Of a DNA stretch of 64,000 nt, positions 50,868 through 62,451 are shown one piece after another. This stretch comes from a bacterium (GTDB lineage: Bacteria; UBA8248): positions 1,088,001 through 1,152,000 of the forward strand of contig OZ241326.1 of assembly GCA_965199855.1 (NCBI GenBank), written 5' to 3'. The notes under the pieces were generated by a model, which ran no database searches, was not told the origin of the DNA, and worked only from the letters and a program-made list of their open reading frames with translations. Positions within the stretch are counted from its first letter, which is position 1. Each line of letters starts with the position of its first letter. Made by a program: the position numbers and the translations under genes.

Positions 50868-50969
50868 TCTCTTGCGTCAAGGGCCGAAGCCGCCTTCTCA
50901 TCCGGTATTCATCAGGTCTTGGACGCCTCCAAGCGTATCGGAATTTGTCTGAATCTGGAGCATATTCGC

Positions 50970-53603
50970 ATGAATTTTCAACATTTCACCCACAAGACGC
51001 AGGAAGCGCTCCAGCACGCCCAGGAGTTGGCGCAACTGAGGGGACACCAGGGCGTAACCCCCGCGCACGTGCTCCTGGCGCTTCTGGATCAGCCCGAGGG
51101 CGTGCTCGCGCCCCTCGTCGAGAAAGCCGGGGCGAACGCCCAGGCGTTGAACCGGGATATCGAAGCCTTCCTGAAGAAACTTCCGCAGATTACGGGAAGC
51201 GGCGCGTCCATGTATGTAACGCCCGAGTTGGCGGAACTTTTCGAGGCGGCCCGGCGCGAGGCGAAGGCTATGGCGGACGAATACGTGAGCGGCGAGCACC
51301 TGCTCCTGGCCGCGCTTGATGGCGGCGGCCCCGAGGTCGTGAAAATTCTGCGCGCGGCCGGCCTCGACCGGGAGCCCGCGCTCGCCGCGCTCAAGGATAT
51401 CCGGGGAAACCAGCGGGTCACCGATCAGGACGCCGAGAGCCGCTACCAGGCGCTCGAGCGCTTCGCCATCGACCTCACCGCGCAGGCCCGGTCCGGCAAA
51501 CTCGATCCCGTCGTGGGCCGCGACGAGGAAATCAGGCGCGTCATGCAGGTGCTCTCCCGGCGATCGAAGAACAACCCGGTGCTCATCGGAGACCCCGGCG
51601 TGGGCAAGACGGCGATTGTCGAGGGCCTGGCCCAGCGCATCGTGAACGGCGACGTGCCGGAGGGCCTGAAGGGCAAGCGCCTGCTCAACCTCGACATCGG
51701 CTCTCTCGTCGCGGGCTCGAAGTTCCGGGGCGAGTTCGAGGACAGGCTCAAGGCCGTGCTGAAGGAAGTGAGCGAATCGGCGGGCGAGATCATCCTCTTC
51801 ATCGACGAACTGCACACCGTAGTGGGCGCGGGCGCGGCGGAGGGGGCGGTGGACGCCTCGAACCTGCTCAAGCCGGCCCTCGCGCGCGGAGAGTTGCGCT
51901 GCGTGGGCGCCACCACGCTGGATGAATACCGAAAGCACATCGAGAAGGACGCGGCGCTCGAGCGGCGCTTTCAGCCCGTCGTGGTGGATGAACCCGGCGT
52001 CGAGGACGCCATCTCGATTCTGCGCGGCCTCAAGGAGAGGTACGAGATTCACCACGGCGTCCGCATCCTGGACGGCGCTCTGGTCGCCGCCGCCGCGCTC
52101 TCCCATCGCTACATCAGCGACCGCCATCTGCCCGACAAGGCCATCGACCTGATTGACGAGGCCGCGAGCGGACTGCGCCTCGAACTGGACAGCCTGCCCA
52201 AGGAAATCGACCGTCAGGAGCGCGAGCTTCTTCGCCTGCGCATCGAGGGGCGCGCCCTGGAGCAGGAAGAGGACGAGGAGAGCCAGGAGCGGCTGGCCCA
52301 CATACGCGAGCAAATCTCCCTGCTGGACGAGCAGAGCAAGGAGCAGCGAAGCCGGTGGGCGGAGGAGAAAAAGGCCATCTCGCGGGTGCGCGAACTCAAG
52401 GAGCGCGTCGAGGAAACGAGGGCGGAAGCCCAGCGCGCGGAGCGCGAGGGGGATTTGGGACGGGCGGCGGAGCTTCGCTACGGCCGGATCATCGAGCTGG
52501 AGAAGGAGATGGCCCAGGCGGAGGCGCGTCTCAGGGAAGAGAGCGACGGACGGATGCTGAAAGAGGAGATTCGGGAGGACGACGTGGCCGCCGTCGTGAG
52601 CCGCTGGACGGGCGTCAACGTGAGCGCGCTGCTCGAGACGGAACGGGAGAAGCTCCTGCGCATGGAAGAGAACATCCACAAGCGCGTCGTGGGCCAGGAC
52701 CGGGCGGTGGAGGCCCTCTCCGAAGCCGTGCGCCGCGCTCGCGCGGGCGTCATGGACGAGAACCGCCCCATCGGTTCGTTCATCTTCCTGGGACCCACCG
52801 GCGTGGGCAAGACGGAGCTCGCCCGCGCGCTCGCGGAGTTTCTGTTCGACGACGAGTCGGCGATGATTCGCGTGGACATGAGCGAATACATGGAAAGACA
52901 CGCCGTGGCGCGGCTCATCGGCGCTCCGCCCGGGTACGTCGGCTACGACGAGGGCGGGCAGCTCACCGAAGCCGTGCGAAGAAGACCCTATTCCGTGCTT
53001 CTGCTGGACGAGATTGAAAAGGCGCATCCCGAAACGTTCAACCTGCTCCTGCAGCTGCTCGACGACGGGCGGCTGACGGACGGGCACGGCCGCGCGGTCG
53101 ATTTCAGAAACGCCGTCGTCATCATGACGAGCAACGTGGGAACCGCCGAACTCTCCCGGAGCAGGATCGGCTTCGTCGGGGGCGGGCTGGAGGAGCAGGC
53201 CGATCAGTCCGAACAGGTGCTCGCGGCGCTTCGCGAGGTTTTCCGGCCCGAGTTCCTGAACCGGATCGATGAGATCATCGCCTTCCGCGCCCTCACGAGG
53301 GAGCAGATTCGCGAGATCGTGGACATTCGGCTGCGCGACCTCGAAAAGCGCCTCGAAGCGCAGAAAATCAGACTGCGCCTCACGAACGCCGCCAAGGACT
53401 TTCTGGCCGAGCGCGGCTACGCTCCCGTCTATGGCGCGCGGCCGCTCAAGAGGGCGATTCAGGCGCATGTCCTGAATCCGCTCAGCAAGAAGCTGCTGGC
53501 CGGAGATTTCGAGGCGGGAGAGACCGTCGAGGCCGATCATGAAGAAGGAGCGGATGCGCTCTCCTTCGCCGTCGTCATGGAGGCGGAAGCGGTGAGGGCC
53601 TGA
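50970..53603 (+). CDS. clpB: ATP-dependent chaperone ClpB
   Basis: Two AAA+ modules ([16 protein letters not shown]), coiled-coil M-domain with [16 protein letters not shown]. Confidence 0.97.
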   Translation: MNFQHFTHKTQEALQHAQELAQLRGHQGVTPAHVLLALLDQPEGVLAPLVEKAGANAQALNRDIEAFLKKLPQITGSGASMYVTPELAELFEAARREAKAMADEYVSGEHLLLAALDGGGPEVVKILRAAGLDREPALAALKDIRGNQRVTDQDAESRYQALERFAIDLTAQARSGKLDPVVGRDEEIRRVMQVLSRRSKNNPVLIGDPGVGKTAIVEGLAQRIVNGDVPEGLKGKRLLNLDIGSLVAGSKFRGEFEDRLKAVLKEVSESAGEIILFIDELHTVVGAGAAEGAVDASNLLKPALARGELRCVGATTLDEYRKHIEKDAALERRFQPVVVDEPGVEDAISILRGLKERYEIHHGVRILDGALVAAAALSHRYISDRHLPDKAIDLIDEAASGLRLELDSLPKEIDRQERELLRLRIEGRALEQEEDEESQERLAHIREQISLLDEQSKEQRSRWAEEKKAISRVRELKERVEETRAEAQRAEREGDLGRAAELRYGRIIELEKEMAQAEARLREESDGRMLKEEIREDDVAAVVSRWTGVNVSALLETEREKLLRMEENIHKRVVGQDRAVEALSEAVRRARAGVMDENRPIGSFIFLGPTGVGKTELARALAEFLFDDESAMIRVDMSEYMERHAVARLIGAPPGYVGYDEGGQLTEAVRRRPYSVLLLDEIEKAHPETFNLLLQLLDDGRLTDGHGRAVDFRNAVVIMTSNVGTAELSRSRIGFVGGGLEEQADQSEQVLAALREVFRPEFLNRIDEIIAFRALTREQIREIVDIRLRDLEKRLEAQKIRLRLTNAAKDFLAERGYAPVYGARPLKRAIQAHVLNPLSKKLLAGDFEAGETVEADHEEGADALSFAVVMEAEAVRA

Positions 53604-53688
53604 GATCTTGCGGCGCGCGGTCGAACGAGCGGGGAGCGCGGCTGAGCCTGCATGGAACCTTGATTGGATCGGATAAGGAGAAAGGCTG

Positions 53689-55611
53689 ATGTCAAAGGTC
53701 ATCGGAATCGATTTGGGCACCACCAACTCGGTCGTCTCGGTCATGGAGGGCGGGCAGCCCACGGTCATTTCCAACCAGGAGGGGAACCGCACGACGCCCA
53801 GCGTCGTGGCGTTCACGGACGACGACGAGAAGCTCGTCGGCCTCGTGGCCAAGCGCCAGGCGGTGACGAACCCGGTGAAGACCATTTACTCCGTCAAGCG
53901 CTTCATGGGCAGGCGCTTCGCCGAGGTGCCCGAGGAAGTCGTCATCGTGCCCTACGAGGTTGTGAAGTCGGACAACGGCGACGCGCGCATCAGGATCAGC
54001 GGCAAGGAGCACGCCCCGCCCGAAATATCGGCGAGCGTGCTGCAGAAGCTCAGGCAGGCGGCGGAGGACTACCTGGGGGAGAAGGTGACCGAGGCGGTCG
54101 TCACCGTGCCCGCCTACTTCAACGACAGCCAGCGTCAGGCGACGAAGGACGCCGGGAAGATCGCCGGCCTCAACGTCCAGCGCATCATCAACGAGCCGAC
54201 GGCGGCGGCGCTCGCCTACGGCCTCGACAAGAAGACGGATCAGACCATCGCGGTCTATGACTTCGGCGGCGGCACGTTCGACATCTCCATCCTCGAGGTG
54301 GGCGACAACGTGGTCGAGGTGAAGGCCACGAACGGCGATACGCACCTGGGCGGCGACAACATCGATCAGCGCGTCATCGAGTGGATGGCGGAGGAGTTCA
54401 GGAAAGATCAGGGAATCGACGTATCGGGCGACCCCATGGCGCTCCAGCGTCTGCGCGAGGAATCGGAGAAGGCGAAAATCGAGCTGTCGAGCTCCATGGA
54501 GACGGCGATCAACCTGCCGTTCATCACGGCGGACGCCTCGGGCCCCAAGCACCTGAACCTCAAGCTCACGCGCGCGAAGCTCGAGCAGCTGACGGGCGAT
54601 CTGGTGGAGAAGACGCTGGGCCCCTGCCGGCGCGCTCTCGACGACGCCAAGCTCCAGCCCGGAGACATCGACGAGGTGGTGCTGGTGGGCGGCTCCACGA
54701 GGATGCCCCTGGTGCAGGAGATGGTGGAGAAGTTTTTCGGAAAGGAGCCCCACAAGGGCGTGAACCCGGACGAGGTGGTGGCGGTCGGCGCGGGCGTGCA
54801 GGGCGGCGTGCTGGCGGGCGACGTCAAGGACGTTCTTTTGCTGGACGTCACGCCGCTTTCTCTGGGCATCGAGACCCTGGGCGGCGTGTTCACCAAGCTG
54901 ATCGAGCGCAACACGACGATACCGGTCAAGAAGAGCGAAATCTTCTCCACGGCGGCGGACAGCCAGCCCTCCGTCGAGGTGCACGTCCTCCAGGGAGAGC
55001 GCGAGATGGCCGCGGGCAACCGCGCTCTGGGCAAGTTCCATCTGGTCGGCATCCCTCCGGCGCCCCGGGGTGTTCCGCAGATCGAGGTGACCTTCGACAT
55101 CGACGCCAACGGCATCGTGAACGTCTCCGCCAAGGACCTCGGCACCGGAAAGGAGCAGGCGATCACGATCACGAGCTCGAGCGGCCTCTCCGAGGAGGAG
55201 ATCAACAATATGGTGTCCGAGGCGGACGAGCACGCCGAGGAGGACAAGAAGCGCCGCGAGGCCGTCGAGACGAGAAACGCGGCCGACAGCATGGCCTACA
55301 ACACGGAGAAGATGCTGAAGGAAAACGGGGAGAAGGTGCCCGAGGCGGACAGGAAGGAGATAGAAGAGGCCATCGCCGCGCTTCGGGCGGTTCTGGAGAA
55401 GGAAGACGCGGCGGCGGAGGAGATCGCGGAGGCGCAGTCGAAGCTCGAGGCGGCCTCGCACAAGCTCGCCCAGGCGATGTATGAGCAGGCGAGCCAGGGC
55501 GACGGCGCCGGGGGAGAGTCCGCCGGCGGGACGGACGGAGCGCCCGAGCCTCCTCCCGCGGGCGACGTGGTGGACGCGGAGTTCGAGGAGGTGGACAAGG
55601 ACAGGAAGTAG
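53689..55611 (+). CDS. dnaK: Chaperone DnaK
   Basis: [17 protein letters not shown] and DFGGGTFD motifs. Confidence 0.99.
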   Translation: MSKVIGIDLGTTNSVVSVMEGGQPTVISNQEGNRTTPSVVAFTDDDEKLVGLVAKRQAVTNPVKTIYSVKRFMGRRFAEVPEEVVIVPYEVVKSDNGDARIRISGKEHAPPEISASVLQKLRQAAEDYLGEKVTEAVVTVPAYFNDSQRQATKDAGKIAGLNVQRIINEPTAAALAYGLDKKTDQTIAVYDFGGGTFDISILEVGDNVVEVKATNGDTHLGGDNIDQRVIEWMAEEFRKDQGIDVSGDPMALQRLREESEKAKIELSSSMETAINLPFITADASGPKHLNLKLTRAKLEQLTGDLVEKTLGPCRRALDDAKLQPGDIDEVVLVGGSTRMPLVQEMVEKFFGKEPHKGVNPDEVVAVGAGVQGGVLAGDVKDVLLLDVTPLSLGIETLGGVFTKLIERNTTIPVKKSEIFSTAADSQPSVEVHVLQGEREMAAGNRALGKFHLVGIPPAPRGVPQIEVTFDIDANGIVNVSAKDLGTGKEQAITITSSSGLSEEEINNMVSEADEHAEEDKKRREAVETRNAADSMAYNTEKMLKENGEKVPEADRKEIEEAIAALRAVLEKEDAAAEEIAEAQSKLEAASHKLAQAMYEQASQGDGAGGESAGGTDGAPEPPPAGDVVDAEFEEVDKDRK

Positions 55612-55635
55612 CGCTCCTGCCCGGATGAGGACGAA

Positions 55636-56586
55636 ATGCCCAAGCGCGATTACTACGAGATTCTGGGAATCGATCGGAGCGCTTCGGAGGCGGAGCTCAA
55701 GCGCGCCTTCAAGAAGCTCGCGCGGAAATACCACCCCGACGTGAACCCGGGGGACAAGAAGGCGGAGGAGCGCTTCAAGGAGATCAGCGAGGCATACGCC
55801 GTTCTCTCGGACAAGGAGAAGCGCGGACGATACGACGCCATGGGCCATGCCGCTTTCGGCGGAGGGAGCCCCTGGGGCGAGGGCGGCGCCGCGCCCGGCA
55901 TGGAGGACATTCTGCGCGAGTTCGGCTTGGGCGACATTCTGGGAGGGATGTTCGGCGGCGGCCGCGCGGGACGCGGGGGCTTCGGCGCGCGGCCTCGGCA
56001 GCCCCGGCGCGGCCAGGATTTGAACTACTCCATGGAGATCGGCTTCGACGACGCCCTCAAGGGGCTCAACACCACCATCACCGTGCCCAAGACCGCGCAG
56101 ACGGACGGCGGAATCGAGCGCACCACCGAGCGCATTCAGGTGAAGATACCGCCCGGCGTCTCCAACGGCTCGCGCATTCGCCTGGCGGGGAAGGGGGAGT
56201 CTTCCCTGAACGGGGGAGCGCAGGGCGACCTCTTCATCGTGACGAAGGTGCGCGATCATCCCTTCTTCGAGCGCAAGGGGGACAACCTGTATCTCGAACT
56301 TCCCGTCACCCTCGGCGAGGCGCTGCTGGGCGCGCGCGTGGAGATCAACACCTTCGAGGGAGCGACGAAGATGACGATTCCCCCCTCCACCCAGAACGGG
56401 CAGGTTTTCAGGCTTCCGGGAAAGGGGGCTCCGAAGCTGAAGGGCTCCGGCCAGGGCGATTTATACGTCACCATCAGCGTCATGCTGCCGGAGAGGATGG
56501 ACGAGGAAAGCAAGGAGATCGTCCGCGAACTGGAGAGGCGCAACCCCGCGTCGCCGCGCGCGAACATGACGGGCGTGAGCCTGTAG
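55636..56586 (+). CDS. Class II J-domain protein (CbpA-like, no zinc finger)
   Basis: HPD J-domain, G/F region and DnaJ C-terminal domain; no CxxCxGxG repeats. Confidence 0.92.
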   Translation: MPKRDYYEILGIDRSASEAELKRAFKKLARKYHPDVNPGDKKAEERFKEISEAYAVLSDKEKRGRYDAMGHAAFGGGSPWGEGGAAPGMEDILREFGLGDILGGMFGGGRAGRGGFGARPRQPRRGQDLNYSMEIGFDDALKGLNTTITVPKTAQTDGGIERTTERIQVKIPPGVSNGSRIRLAGKGESSLNGGAQGDLFIVTKVRDHPFFERKGDNLYLELPVTLGEALLGARVEINTFEGATKMTIPPSTQNGQVFRLPGKGAPKLKGSGQGDLYVTISVMLPERMDEESKEIVRELERRNPASPRANMTGVSL

Positions 56587-56616
56587 GCGCAGGGCGAGCG
56601 CATCCGGGAGAGAAGC

Positions 56617-57024
56617 ATGGCGCGCAGAAGCGTGAGGAGCGGACGCTACACCATCGGCGCGGTGGCCGAGATGTTCGGCGTCCATCAGCAGACGCTCCGG
56701 CTCTATGAGCGCGAGGGGCTGATAGACCCCGGCCGCAGCGAGGGCCGGACGCGCTATTACTCGGAAGAGGATTTGGAGCAGCTCGAGGTCATTCTCGCGC
56801 TCACGCGGGACATGGGCGTGAATCTGGCGGGCGTCCAGGTCATCATCGAACTTCGCGAGAAGCTCATGCGGGCGCTCGAGCGCCTGGGCGAACTCGAAGA
56901 GCTGCTCGAGAGCCGCGCGTTCGAGGATTTCCGCGAGCGGATGAGCCGCGCGACGCCCGAGATGCGGGCCATGATCCCCGCGGTTTCGGCCAAGCTCGTT
57001 CGCTTCAGAAGGAGACGAGGATGA
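56617..57024 (+). CDS. hspR: MerR-family heat-shock repressor HspR
   Basis: [17 protein letters not shown] and GVNLAGV motifs; follows the J-protein gene. Confidence 0.88.
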   Translation: MARRSVRSGRYTIGAVAEMFGVHQQTLRLYEREGLIDPGRSEGRTRYYSEEDLEQLEVILALTRDMGVNLAGVQVIIELREKLMRALERLGELEELLESRAFEDFRERMSRATPEMRAMIPAVSAKLVRFRRRRG

Positions 57025-57878
57025 GTACGAACTCCATAAAGTCCTTTTTGCTGCTCGGCCTGCTGACGGGGCTGATTTTGCTCATCGGAAACCTCGTCGG
57101 CGGAACGGGCGGGCTGATCGTCGCCCTGCTCCTGGCCGTGGGGCTGAACGGATACAGCTACTGGTATTCGGACAAAATGGTTCTGGCCGCCACGGACGCG
57201 CGCGAGGTTCTGCCCGAGCACGCGCCGGAGCTCTACGGCATGGTGGCGGAGCTCGCGCGGCGCGCGAACCTGCCCATGCCGCGCGTCTACGTCATCCCCG
57301 AGAGCGCGCCGAACGCCTTCGCCACGGGACGAAACCCGGAGAACGCCGCCGTCGCCTTCACCGAGGGGATTCTGCGCGAGCTCGACCGCGAGGAGCTCGA
57401 AGGCGTGGCCGCGCACGAGCTCGCCCACGTCAGGAACCGCGACATTCTGCTGAGCACCATCGCCGCCTCCCTGGCGGGCGCCATCATGTATATCGCGCAG
57501 ATGGCGCAGTTCGCCGCTTTTTTCGGCGCCTACGGCAGGGATGACGAGGAGGAGGGCGGCGGAGGCCTGCTGGGAATCATCGTCGCCGCCATCGTGGCTC
57601 CCGTCGCGGCTACCCTGCTCCAGATGGCGGTGAGCCGCTCGCGGGAGTATCTGGCCGACGCCACCGGGGCGCGCATCGCCGGCGCGCCCGTCGGGCTGGC
57701 GAACGCCCTGCGCCGCCTGGACGCGGCCTCCCGCCGGGAGGAGCTCGCCTGCGCGAGCGAGGCGACGGCCCACATGTATATCGTCAACCCCCTTGCGGGC
57801 GGGGGGCTGGCGAGTCTGTTCAGCACGCACCCGCCGATGGAGGAGCGCATCCGGCGGCTGATGGAGATGAGATACTAG
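57021..57878 (+). CDS. htpX: Zinc metalloprotease HtpX
   Basis: [23 protein letters not shown] and FSTHPP motifs. Confidence 0.95.
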   Translation: MSTNSIKSFLLLGLLTGLILLIGNLVGGTGGLIVALLLAVGLNGYSYWYSDKMVLAATDAREVLPEHAPELYGMVAELARRANLPMPRVYVIPESAPNAFATGRNPENAAVAFTEGILRELDREELEGVAAHELAHVRNRDILLSTIAASLAGAIMYIAQMAQFAAFFGAYGRDDEEEGGGGLLGIIVAAIVAPVAATLLQMAVSRSREYLADATGARIAGAPVGLANALRRLDAASRREELACASEATAHMYIVNPLAGGGLASLFSTHPPMEERIRRLMEMRY

Positions 57879-57899
57879 GCTTGGGGAGGAAGTCGTCGC

Positions 57900-58625
57900 A
57901 TGAAAGGCGAAAGAATCGAGAGCGGGACGGGCGATGAGGACGGGCTGAAGGCGAAAGCCCCCGCGGGAGAGCCGGAGCGCGCCGCGCCCGCTGAAGAGGA
58001 GGAGAAGGAAAAGCCGCGCGTCGTGGACAGGCGCCGCGTCAGGGAGGGCGGCGAAATCAGCGAGGAGGACGCGGAGGCGGCCGAGAGCGTCCCGCGCGTT
58101 CCCGCCTATGTCGAGCAGCTGCAGGCGAAAGTCGCCGCCGCCGAGGAGAAGCTCAGGCGGCACATCGAGCGAATCGACAAGGAGGCGGCTGACTTCCGGG
58201 CGCGCCAGGAGCGCGAAATGGAGCGCAGAACCCAGGAAGCGAAGCGGCAGGCGGTCTCCGGCTTTTTGGACATCGCCGATGATCTGGCGCGCGCCACGGC
58301 GGCCGCGGACGGCGGCGGGGGCGAGGGAGGATCGCTCGAAACCCTGGCGCAGGGGGTGCGGATGATTCAGGGCCGCTTCTTTCAGGAGCTGGCGAACCTG
58401 GGGGTGGAGCCTCTCGAGGCGGTGGGCGCCGCCTTCAACCCCGAGGAGCACGAGGCTGTACGGATGGTCGAGGTGAGCGATGAGGCGCGGGACGGCCTTG
58501 TGGTGGAGGAATTCTCCTGCGGCTACCGGCTGGGCGGCGCGATTCTGCGGCCCGCGCGCGTCTCGGTGGGCAAATACGCGGGCGAGCCGCCGGCGCAGGC
58601 TGTTGAACCGGACGCGCGCGCGTAG
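57900..58625 (+). CDS. grpE: Nucleotide exchange factor GrpE
   Basis: FNPEEHEAV and GYRLGGAILRPARVSV motifs. Confidence 0.93.
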   Translation: MKGERIESGTGDEDGLKAKAPAGEPERAAPAEEEEKEKPRVVDRRRVREGGEISEEDAEAAESVPRVPAYVEQLQAKVAAAEEKLRRHIERIDKEAADFRARQEREMERRTQEAKRQAVSGFLDIADDLARATAAADGGGGEGGSLETLAQGVRMIQGRFFQELANLGVEPLEAVGAAFNPEEHEAVRMVEVSDEARDGLVVEEFSCGYRLGGAILRPARVSVGKYAGEPPAQAVEPDARA

Positions 58626-58668
58626 TATCTTCGCGTGCTTCGATTGTCGGGATAGATAAAGGAAAAGC

Positions 58669-59793
58669 ATGAACGGGCGGGATTACTACGAGGTGCTGGG
58701 CGTCGGCCGCGACGCGAGCGACGCCGACGTCAAAAAGGCGTATCGCGCGCTGGCGATGAAGCATCACCCGGATCGCAACCCGGGCGACGCGAAGGCGGAG
58801 GAAGCGTTCAAGGAGGCGTCCGAAGCCTATCAGGTGCTGAGCGATCCCGCGAAGCGAAGCGCGTATGATCGCTTCGGCCACGACGGGCTTCGGGGGATGG
58901 GACATCAGGGATTCTCGAGCTTCGACGATATTTTCTCCTCGTTTGGGGACATTTTCGGGGATCTGTTCGGAGGAGCGTTCTCGGGAAGGAGCACCCGGCG
59001 CGGCGGGCCGCAGAAAGGCCGCGACCTCGCCTATCAGCTGGAACTGACCTTCGAGGAGGCGGCGGCGGGCGTCGAGCGCGAGATCGAGTTCGAGCGGCCG
59101 GCGGAGTGCGTCTATTGCGGCGGCAGCGGAGCCGAATCGCCCGACGCCATTCGCGCTTGCGCCTCCTGCGGCGGCAGCGGCCAGATGTCCTATCGCCAGG
59201 GGTTCGTCACCTATTCCACCACCTGCGCGGACTGCGGCGGCGCGGGCTCCGAAATCGTGGAGCGCTGCGCGGAATGCCGGGGCGCCGGACGCCGCCGGGA
59301 GCGGAGGAAGGTGAAGGTGAAGATTCCGCCCGGCGTGGACGAGGGCGCGAGGCTGCGCCTTCGGGAAGAGGGCGAAGGGGGGGCGAAGGGGGGGCCGGCG
59401 GGCGATTTGTTCGTCGTCGTCTCCCTGCTCGATCACGAGGAATTCGAGCGCGACGGGGCGGACGTGGCGAGTCGGGTGGGCGTCACGTTCTCCCAGGCGG
59501 CGCTGGGCGGCAGGATGAAGGTTCGGACGCTGCATGGAGAATCCGAGATCGAGATACCCCAGGGCGTGCAGTCCTCTGAAGTCATCCGGTTGAGAGGCGA
59601 GGGCTTCCCGCGCCTCGGCAGGAGCGGGCGCGGCGACCACATCTTCCTGGTGCATGTCCGGACGCCGACGAAGCTGACGCCGGACGAGGAGCGGCTGTTC
59701 GCCGAATTGTCGGAAATCGAGCGCGGGAAGGCGGAGAAGAACGGAGCCGGGGAAAAGGGTGTTTTCGATAGGCTGAGCTCTCTTTGGGGTTGA
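58669..59793 (+). CDS. dnaJ: Chaperone DnaJ (class I)
   Basis: HPD motif and four CxxCxGxG repeats. Confidence 0.96.
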   Translation: MNGRDYYEVLGVGRDASDADVKKAYRALAMKHHPDRNPGDAKAEEAFKEASEAYQVLSDPAKRSAYDRFGHDGLRGMGHQGFSSFDDIFSSFGDIFGDLFGGAFSGRSTRRGGPQKGRDLAYQLELTFEEAAAGVEREIEFERPAECVYCGGSGAESPDAIRACASCGGSGQMSYRQGFVTYSTTCADCGGAGSEIVERCAECRGAGRRRERRKVKVKIPPGVDEGARLRLREEGEGGAKGGPAGDLFVVVSLLDHEEFERDGADVASRVGVTFSQAALGGRMKVRTLHGESEIEIPQGVQSSEVIRLRGEGFPRLGRSGRGDHIFLVHVRTPTKLTPDEERLFAELSEIERGKAEKNGAGEKGVFDRLSSLWG

Positions 59794-59854
59794 GCGCGCG
59801 TTTGAATGAGGCGCGACGCCGCGGTTTTCGGCGCCCTTCATCGGAGGCTGATCG

Positions 59855-60373
59855 ATGGAAGATGAAAACGCAGAGCCCAAAGGATTCAAGGTTTCCGACC
59901 GAAGATTCTCCGTAAGGGGATACGAAGACGAGGAAGCGCCGGATTCGGGCAATGAGGGACGGCTCGTCTCTGTGAGCGACGCCCCTGTGAGCGCCGCGCC
60001 CGATGCCGTTCCGGCGTCGCCCGGGCCGCCCCCGGAGGGTGGGCCGGCCCCATTCGAGGCGGCTTCCGAACCGGAGTCCAAGGCGGAGACGCCGCCCGCC
60101 GAGCAGGATGCGGACGAGGGCGAGGAGGACAAGAGTTTTGAGATGCTCATCGCCATCGTGCAGTCCAACGCCTTGGCGGCGATGGGCATTCATCCCCAGA
60201 CGGGCGAGCGCGTCGGGGGGGCGGAGCCGAGGAGCTCCAAGATGTTCGTCGATCTGTTCGGCGTTCTCAAGGAGAAGACGAAGGGCAATCTTGCGCCCGA
60301 GGAGGAGCAGCTTCTGAATCAGGTTCACTCGGATCTGCAGATGGTATATGTTCGGGAGGTAGGGTTCGGGTAG
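59855..60373 (+). CDS. DUF1844 domain protein
   Basis: GFKVSDRR N-terminus and L.EKTKGNL..EE..LL motif. Confidence 0.75.
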   Translation: MEDENAEPKGFKVSDRRFSVRGYEDEEAPDSGNEGRLVSVSDAPVSAAPDAVPASPGPPPEGGPAPFEAASEPESKAETPPAEQDADEGEEDKSFEMLIAIVQSNALAAMGIHPQTGERVGGAEPRSSKMFVDLFGVLKEKTKGNLAPEEEQLLNQVHSDLQMVYVREVGFG

Positions 60374-60452
60374 GCTCGACCGCTCCCCGGGATTGCCGGG
60401 TGGATCGCTTTCCTCGCTCCTCATCTTTTCATGCCTCACGCCGGGAGGTTCC

Positions 60453-60728
60453 ATGGCCGCGTCAACGACTTACGACGAAATGTTTGAAGAGGTGCTCGGC
60501 GTCGTCAAAAACCGCTTTTTGCTCTCGGTGCTGCTCGCCAAGCGGGTCGCGCAGCTCAGGCGGGGAGCGGAGCCCCTGGTTCCCGCGCAGCCCCAGGAGA
60601 CGCCCGAGCAGATCGTGTTCCGGGAAATCATCGAAGAGAAACTGGAGTGGAGAAAGAGCGCGGCGGCCCTTGATCTGACGGATGCGGATCACGGCTTCGA
60701 GGACGGCGGCTTCGACGACGGAGAATAG
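60453..60728 (+). CDS. rpoZ: RNA polymerase omega subunit
   Basis: NRFLL..L.AKR..QL..G..P and REI motifs. Confidence 0.85.
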   Translation: MAASTTYDEMFEEVLGVVKNRFLLSVLLAKRVAQLRRGAEPLVPAQPQETPEQIVFREIIEEKLEWRKSAAALDLTDADHGFEDGGFDDGE

Positions 60729-60769
60729 CCGCGCCCGGACTCCGGGCCGCCGCTCGGCCGGACGGCTTT

Positions 60770-61921
60770 CTATCGCTTTCTGAGAAACTCGCCCACTTTC
60801 TCCAGGCCGGCCTCGATGTTCCCGATAGAGTTGCAGTAGGAGAATCGAAGAAATCCCTCCCCCGCCGGGCCGAAATCCGCCCCCGGCGCGACCGCCACGC
60901 CGGTGGCCTCCAGAATCTCCTTGGCCAGCGCCAGGCTGTTCGCGCCATGCTCGCGCGCGTCGGCGAAGGCGTAGAACGCGCCCGTGGGCTCGTGAAGCAT
61001 TTCGAGGCCGATCTCCTGGAGGCGCGCGATCATGATTTTGCGCCTTTCATCGTAAATCCCGCGCATCCGCTCCGCCTCCGGCAGGCCCTCCCTCAGGGCG
61101 GCGATCGCCGCGCGCTGGACGAAGGCGTTCGCCGAAACGAAGTAGTTTTGCTGAAGTATCTCGAGGGGGCGGACGTATTCCGGCGGGACGATGAGATAGC
61201 CGATGCGCCAGCCCGTCATGGCGAAATACTTCGAGAAGCCGTTGATGATGAAGCAGCTCTCAGAAAACTCGAGCGCCGTGCATTCCGCCTCCCCGTAGCT
61301 GAGGCCGTGGTAGATCTCATCGGATACGATGGGCTTTCCCAGCGCCGAGAGCGCCTCCATCTCCCGCCGGGACAGCGACGCGCCCGTGGGGTTCGAGGGC
61401 GAGTTGACGAGGATGGCCCTGGTTTTCGGGGTGATGAGGCCGCGGACGGCGTCCGCCTCCGGCGCGAAGCCGTTCTCCGCGCGGGTCGGCGCCAGCACGG
61501 GCTTCCCGCAGGCGGAGAGGATGAAGGCCGGGTAGCAGGCGTAGTGCGGGTCCGAAATGATGATCTCCTCGCCCGCTTCGATGAGCGCGGAGAAGAGGGT
61601 CAGCATTCCGGGGCTGGTGCCGTTCGTCACCACCACGCGCTCCGGCGATATGGAAACCCCGTATTTCCCGCGATAAAAATCCGCTATCGCCTCGCGCAGT
61701 TCGGGAAGCCCCAGCGCCGTCGTATAGTGGGTATGGCCGGCGCGCAGCGCGCTTTCGGCCGCGCGGGTGACGACCTCGGGCGTGTCGAAATCAGGTTCGC
61801 CCACCTCGAGATGGATGACCTCGCGGCCCTCGGCCTCCAGCTGTTGGGCGCGCTCGAGGATGTCCATCACCAGGAAGGGCTTGATGCCGGAGATGCGCGC
61901 TGGCAGGGGGGGCTTCGTCAT
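60770..61921 (-). CDS. Class I/II PLP-dependent aminotransferase
   Basis: GEPDF, NSPSNPTG, SDEIY and GFSKYFAMTGWRIG motifs. Confidence 0.93.
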   Translation of the reverse strand: MTKPPLPARISGIKPFLVMDILERAQQLEAEGREVIHLEVGEPDFDTPEVVTRAAESALRAGHTHYTTALGLPELREAIADFYRGKYGVSISPERVVVTNGTSPGMLTLFSALIEAGEEIIISDPHYACYPAFILSACGKPVLAPTRAENGFAPEADAVRGLITPKTRAILVNSPSNPTGASLSRREMEALSALGKPIVSDEIYHGLSYGEAECTALEFSESCFIINGFSKYFAMTGWRIGYLIVPPEYVRPLEILQQNYFVSANAFVQRAAIAALREGLPEAERMRGIYDERRKIMIARLQEIGLEMLHEPTGAFYAFADAREHGANSLALAKEILEATGVAVAPGADFGPAGEGFLRFSYCNSIGNIEAGLEKVGEFLRKR

Positions 61922-62135
61922 CTTGCGGGGCCTCCCTGGTCCGCGCGGGTGAAATCCCTCGCGCAAGGGATTTCGCGGGCGGTTGCCCACCTGCAAGGCT
62001 AGTGATAAACTTCGCTCAGTTCAAGAGACAGGCGGGATTTTCCGACGCGTCGCCGCGCGGAGGATCCCGAGGCTTTCCGCCCCCGATCCTTTTTCCCGAA
62101 CCGGATGCGGGGCTCCGCGAGAAAAGGGGAGTCCT

Positions 62136-62429
62136 TTGACGAAAATCGACATCATCAACCTCGTGTCGGACGACACGGGCCTCAGCAAGGTGAAGGCGGA
62201 AGAAGCGGTTGAGACGATCATCGACACGATCAAGGAGTCGCTGCGGAACGGGGACTCCGTCATCCTGAGGCGCTTCGGCTCCTTCCAGGTGCGGGCGAAG
62301 AACGCCCGCGTGGGGCGCAACCCGAAGACGGGAGAGGAAGCCTCCATCAGCGCGCGCAAGGTCGTGCGCTTCAAGGCGGGCAAGCACTTCAAGGAGGCGG
62401 TGAACGGCGCCGAGGTGACGTTCTATTGA
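62136..62429 (+). CDS. HU/IHF family DNA-binding protein
   Basis: FGSF, GRNPKTGE and VRFKAG motifs; TTG start. Confidence 0.93.
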   Translation: MTKIDIINLVSDDTGLSKVKAEEAVETIIDTIKESLRNGDSVILRRFGSFQVRAKNARVGRNPKTGEEASISARKVVRFKAGKHFKEAVNGAEVTFY

Positions 62430-62451
62430 CCTTGTTCCGCCCGGACGCCGG

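Noticed and set aside
50847-50875. TTGGCATCC as a CIRCE half-site
   Set aside because: No matching right arm at 9 bp spacing
53658-53680. CTTGATT...ATAAG before dnaK as a HAIR operator
   Set aside because: Poor right arm and wrong spacing; overlaps the RBS
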